Shown here: positions 29,068 to 32,000 of the stretch, in pieces | How positions within the stretch are numbered: the stretch's first letter is position 1 | Layout of the letters: the number at the start of each line of letters is the position of its first letter | Origin: Bacillus subtilis subsp. subtilis str. 168 | GTDB taxonomy: Bacteria; Bacillota; Bacilli; Bacillales; Bacillaceae | Assembly: GCF_000009045.1 (NCBI RefSeq) | Contig: NC_000964.3 | Location: forward strand, 1,200,001-1,232,000 | DNA length: 32,000 bases | Reading direction: 5' to 3' | Position numbers and translations under genes: made by a program | Notes under the pieces: model-generated | Told to the model about the DNA's origin: nothing | Seen by the model: only the letters and a program-made list of their open reading frames with translations | Database searches by the model: none

Positions 29068-29724
29068 ATGGAAATTGAAAGAATTAACGAGCATACAGTA
29101 AAATTTTATATGTCTTACGGAGATATTGAAGATCGCGGTTTTGACAGAGAAGAAATTTGGTATAACCGTGAGCGCAGTGAAGAACTTTTCTGGGAAGTCA
29201 TGGATGAAGTTCATGAAGAAGAGGAATTCGCTGTGGAAGGCCCACTTTGGATTCAAGTTCAGGCACTGGACAAAGGATTAGAAATCATCGTCACAAAAGC
29301 CCAGCTTTCCAAAGACGGACAAAAGCTCGAACTGCCGATTCCTGAGGATAAAAAGCAAGAACCAGCATCTGAGGATCTTGACGCCTTGCTGGATGATTTC
29401 CAGAAAGAAGAGCAAGCCGTCAATCAGGAAGAGAAGGAGCAAAAGCTTCAATTTGTCTTGCGATTTGGCGATTTTGAGGATGTTATTTCTCTATCTAAAT
29501 TGAACGTTAACGGAAGCAAAACGACTTTATATTCGTTTGAGAACCGATATTATTTATATGTAGATTTTTGCAATATGACTGATGAAGAGGTTGAAAATCA
29601 GCTAAGCATCCTGCTGGAGTACGCAACTGAATCCTCAATCAGCATACACCGTCTTGAAGAGTACGGCAAGCTGATTATTTCAGAGCATGCTCTAGAAACG
29701 ATAAAAAAACACTTTGCATCATAG
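29068..29724 (+). CDS. mecA: MecA, adaptor protein delivering ComK/ComS to ClpCP
   Basis: 218 aa starting MEIERINEHTVKFYMSYGDIEDRGF, with an acidic linker (EDKKQEPASEDLDALLDDFQKEEQ) between the N- and C-domains. A terminator follows. Confidence 0.95.
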   Translation: MEIERINEHTVKFYMSYGDIEDRGFDREEIWYNRERSEELFWEVMDEVHEEEEFAVEGPLWIQVQALDKGLEIIVTKAQLSKDGQKLELPIPEDKKQEPASEDLDALLDDFQKEEQAVNQEEKEQKLQFVLRFGDFEDVISLSKLNVNGSKTTLYSFENRYYLYVDFCNMTDEEVENQLSILLEYATESSISIHRLEEYGKLIISEHALETIKKHFAS

Positions 29725-29725
29725 C

Positions 29726-29758
29726 AAACCGATTTCCTTCCGGAAATCGGTTTTTTTT
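29726..29758 (+). terminator. intrinsic terminator after mecA
   Basis: CCGATTTCC (29729-29737) / GGAAATCGG (29742-29750), 4-nt loop, T8 run at 29751-29758. Confidence 0.9.
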
Positions 29759-29884
29759 ATGCACGAAAATGCCATTTTAGAGATGTGAAAAATCAAAAAC
29801 ATATAGACAAGCAGAAAATACAGCGAACAGGAGTTGATCATCTTTTCCAGAAAGTATACTTCATCTGGAAAGGAGAGATGACAA

Positions 29885-31036
29885 TTGTTTAGTGCTGTGA
29901 CTGAAGACGGCCAAATGTTTCACCTTCTAGGCGCTCAGCAAAACCAGAAATTAAAGCGGAGACGGTTCTTCTGTCCGGTATGCGGGGGAGAGCTAGCTGT
30001 GAAGCTCGGACTTCAAAAAGCGCCGCATTTTGCCCATAAACAGAACAAGTCCTGCGCCATAGACATCGAGCCGGAAAGCGCCTACCACTTAGAAGGAAAA
30101 AGACAGCTGTATGTATGGCTGAAAACGCAACGGGCTTCACCAATATTGGAGCCGTATATAAGGACAATCAACCAAAGACCGGACGTCATGGCAAGAATCA
30201 AGGAGCATATGCTTGCTGTTGAATATCAATGCGCCACTATCGCTCCAGATGTCTTTCAAAAGCGGACAGAGGGCTTCAAACAAGAAGGAATCATCCCGCA
30301 GTGGATTATGGGATACAGCCGCTTAAAACGGACTGCTTCGTCCTTTTATCAGCTTTCAACTTTTCATTGGCAGTTTATCAATGCAAGTCCATACAGAGAA
30401 CTGATATGTTATTGTCCTGAAAGGCGTTCTTTTCTCCGGCTCAGCCACATCATTCCATTCTACACAAACCATTCTTATTCCTCAGTCCAAACGATCCCTA
30501 TCCATCGGGCAGGTGCAGGCGATCTTTTTTTCACTGAACCGAAACCCTCAATTCAATATTCAGGCTGGACGAAAGCGATTCACCGTTTTCGCCATAAACC
30601 CCATCGGTTTAACTCAAAGGAAACAAATCGCCTTAGGCTGCTGTTTTATGAGAAACGACAGACGCCTTTTTCTTTTCTGCCGACTGAAGTGTTTGTTCCT
30701 GTTAGAAAAGGGGCAGTTTTTAAGAGTCCGGTTTTTGTGTGGCAGGGGTTTCTTTATTTGTTTATGACGGATCTTGGAGGTAAACGTGCGCCAATTCGTT
30801 TTTCAGCCGTTTTGCAGCAGTGCAAACTGCACATTCATAATAAGAACATTGCACTCAGGTCCGAATGCAGCGAAGAGTGTCTTTCAGAAGCGGTTAAACA
30901 GTATATTGATTTTTTGTGCAAGAAGGGATTTTTAAGGGAGACTCAGAAAGAAGTATATGTGCTGAATCAGCCTGCAGGAGGCATACACTCCATGCAGGAT
31001 CTCATAGAAAGAGACCGCAGCTGTTTTATAGAATGA
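29885..31036 (+). CDS. coiA: competence protein CoiA
   Basis: TTG 29885 lies 6 nt after GGAAAGGAGAG (29868-29878), giving 383 aa. An alternative in-frame ATG at 29915 gives 373 aa. The N-terminus has a CPVCGGEL...HFAH zinc-finger-like motif typical of CoiA. Confidence 0.88.
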   Translation: MFSAVTEDGQMFHLLGAQQNQKLKRRRFFCPVCGGELAVKLGLQKAPHFAHKQNKSCAIDIEPESAYHLEGKRQLYVWLKTQRASPILEPYIRTINQRPDVMARIKEHMLAVEYQCATIAPDVFQKRTEGFKQEGIIPQWIMGYSRLKRTASSFYQLSTFHWQFINASPYRELICYCPERRSFLRLSHIIPFYTNHSYSSVQTIPIHRAGAGDLFFTEPKPSIQYSGWTKAIHRFRHKPHRFNSKETNRLRLLFYEKRQTPFSFLPTEVFVPVRKGAVFKSPVFVWQGFLYLFMTDLGGKRAPIRFSAVLQQCKLHIHNKNIALRSECSEECLSEAVKQYIDFLCKKGFLRETQKEVYVLNQPAGGIHSMQDLIERDRSCFIE

Positions 31037-31037
31037 G

Positions 31038-31067
31038 TTTGTCTTATTTGGCTCACCCTAAGACAAA
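31038..31067 (+). other. 9-bp hairpin just after the coiA stop, without a U-tract
   Basis: TTTGTCTTA (31038-31046) / TAAGACAAA (31059-31067), 12-nt loop. The 3' arm runs into the AAGGTGGTG SD at 31066-31074. Confidence 0.5.
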
Positions 31068-31265
31068 GGTGGTGGGCAGGCTGTGAAAGGCACAAAAGGA
31101 AAGGTTTTTCGTGTTTTTACTGCTTTTTTGGCATTCGTTCTCTTCATTACTGCATATGATTTGACAAAAGGCAGTGAAAAACCGGAAGATATTCACAACA
31201 CAAGTTTATTGAGAAACAGCTGTTTTTTCAATTGGCTTGAATCAAAGAAGACGAGGGGGATCACC

Positions 31266-32000
31266 ATGGCTGAGGAAAAAAAAGCAAACCAACTGCCTGA
31301 CAGAAGTGAGGTAAAGGCAGAAGACACATGGAGACTTGAGGATATTTTTCCTAGTGATGAGGCCTGGAATAAAGAATTTCAAGCTGTAAAAGAATTAATT
31401 CCGAATTTATCTAAGTATAAAGGAAAGCTGGCAGATTCAGCTGATCATTTATACGAGGCTCTTACGTATCAAGATAAAGTGATGGAGCGGCTAGGTAGGC
31501 TGTACACATATGCGCATATGCGCTCTGACCAGGATACTGGGAACTCCTTTTACCAGGGGCTGAATGACAAGGCGGGAAACCTGTATACACAGGCCGCAAG
31601 CGCGACAGCTTATTTGGTTCCGGAGATTTTATCCATAGAAGAAGACAAACTGCAGCAGTTCATTCTTGAAAAAGAAGAATTGAAGCTGTACTCTCATGCG
31701 ATTGAGGAGATTACAAAGGAACGTCCGCATGTGCTGAGCGAGAAGGAAGAGGCGCTGCTTGCTGAAGCCTCCGAGGTACTGGGGTCATCTTCAAATACAT
31801 TCAGCGTGTTAAATAACGCAGATATAACGTTTCCATCCATTAAAGACGAAGATGGGAATGAAAAACAGATCACTCACGGCAACTTTATTAATTTCTTGGA
31901 AAGTGAAAACCGTGAAGTCCGCAAAAATGCGTTTGACGCAGTGTATAAAACGTACGGACAATATAAAAACACAATGGCCACGACGCTAAGCGGCACTGTG
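31266..32000 (+). CDS. pepF: oligoendopeptidase F (M3B family), N-terminal 245 codons; 3' end lies outside the window
   Basis: ATG 31266 follows GAGGGGGA. The product MAEEKKANQLPDRSEVKAEDTWRLEDIFPSDEAW... matches the usual PepF N-terminus. The frame is open to base 32000. It is also open upstream to GTG 31083 (see findings). Confidence 0.88.
   Translation, partial: MAEEKKANQLPDRSEVKAEDTWRLEDIFPSDEAWNKEFQAVKELIPNLSKYKGKLADSADHLYEALTYQDKVMERLGRLYTYAHMRSDQDTGNSFYQGLNDKAGNLYTQAASATAYLVPEILSIEEDKLQQFILEKEELKLYSHAIEEITKERPHVLSEKEEALLAEASEVLGSSSNTFSVLNNADITFPSIKDEDGNEKQITHGNFINFLESENREVRKNAFDAVYKTYGQYKNTMATTLSGTV

Noticed and set aside
29766-29778. ComK AT-box AAAA-N5-TTTT (AAAATGCCATTTT) upstream of coiA
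   Set aside because: A functional ComK box needs two such AT-boxes spaced by 8, 18 or 31 bp. I found no second box at any of those spacings, and the single half-site lies immediately downstream of the mecA terminator (29726-29758).

Overview
The window reads as Bacillus subtilis 168-type core chromosome. All genes are recognisable and in the known order: carA (3' end), carB, argF, yjzC, yjzD(-), yjaU, yjaV, med, comZ, yjzB(-), fabHA, fabF, yjaZ, appD, appF, appA (frameshifted), appB, appC, yjbA, trpS(-) with its T-box leader, oppABCDF, yjbB, yjbC, spx, yjbE(-), mecA, coiA and the 5' part of pepF. Several first-start ORFs in the supplied track are over-extended. I re-set those starts to the codon that sits behind a Shine-Dalgarno sequence. 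I found no rRNA, tRNA, CRISPR array, IS element, transposon, prophage or integrase, and no gene block that looks horizontally acquired. I therefore see no evidence for a new multi-gene system; this is an ordinary housekeeping and regulatory region. The points most worth a second look are: (1) the appA frame break lies exactly on an A AAA AAG slippery heptamer (A7 run); (2) the App ATPases carry a CX5CX6CX17C motif that the paralogous Opp ATPases have lost residue for residue; (3) each peptide-binding-protein gene is followed by an intercistronic hairpin; (4) pepF has an in-frame upstream GTG with its own SD that would add a signal-anchor-like extension; (5) yjbB has no canonical start at the position its SD predicts; (6) consensus ECF-sigma and sigma-B promoters are stacked upstream of yjbC-spx. 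All motif calls were made by eye, and no database search or RNA folding was run.
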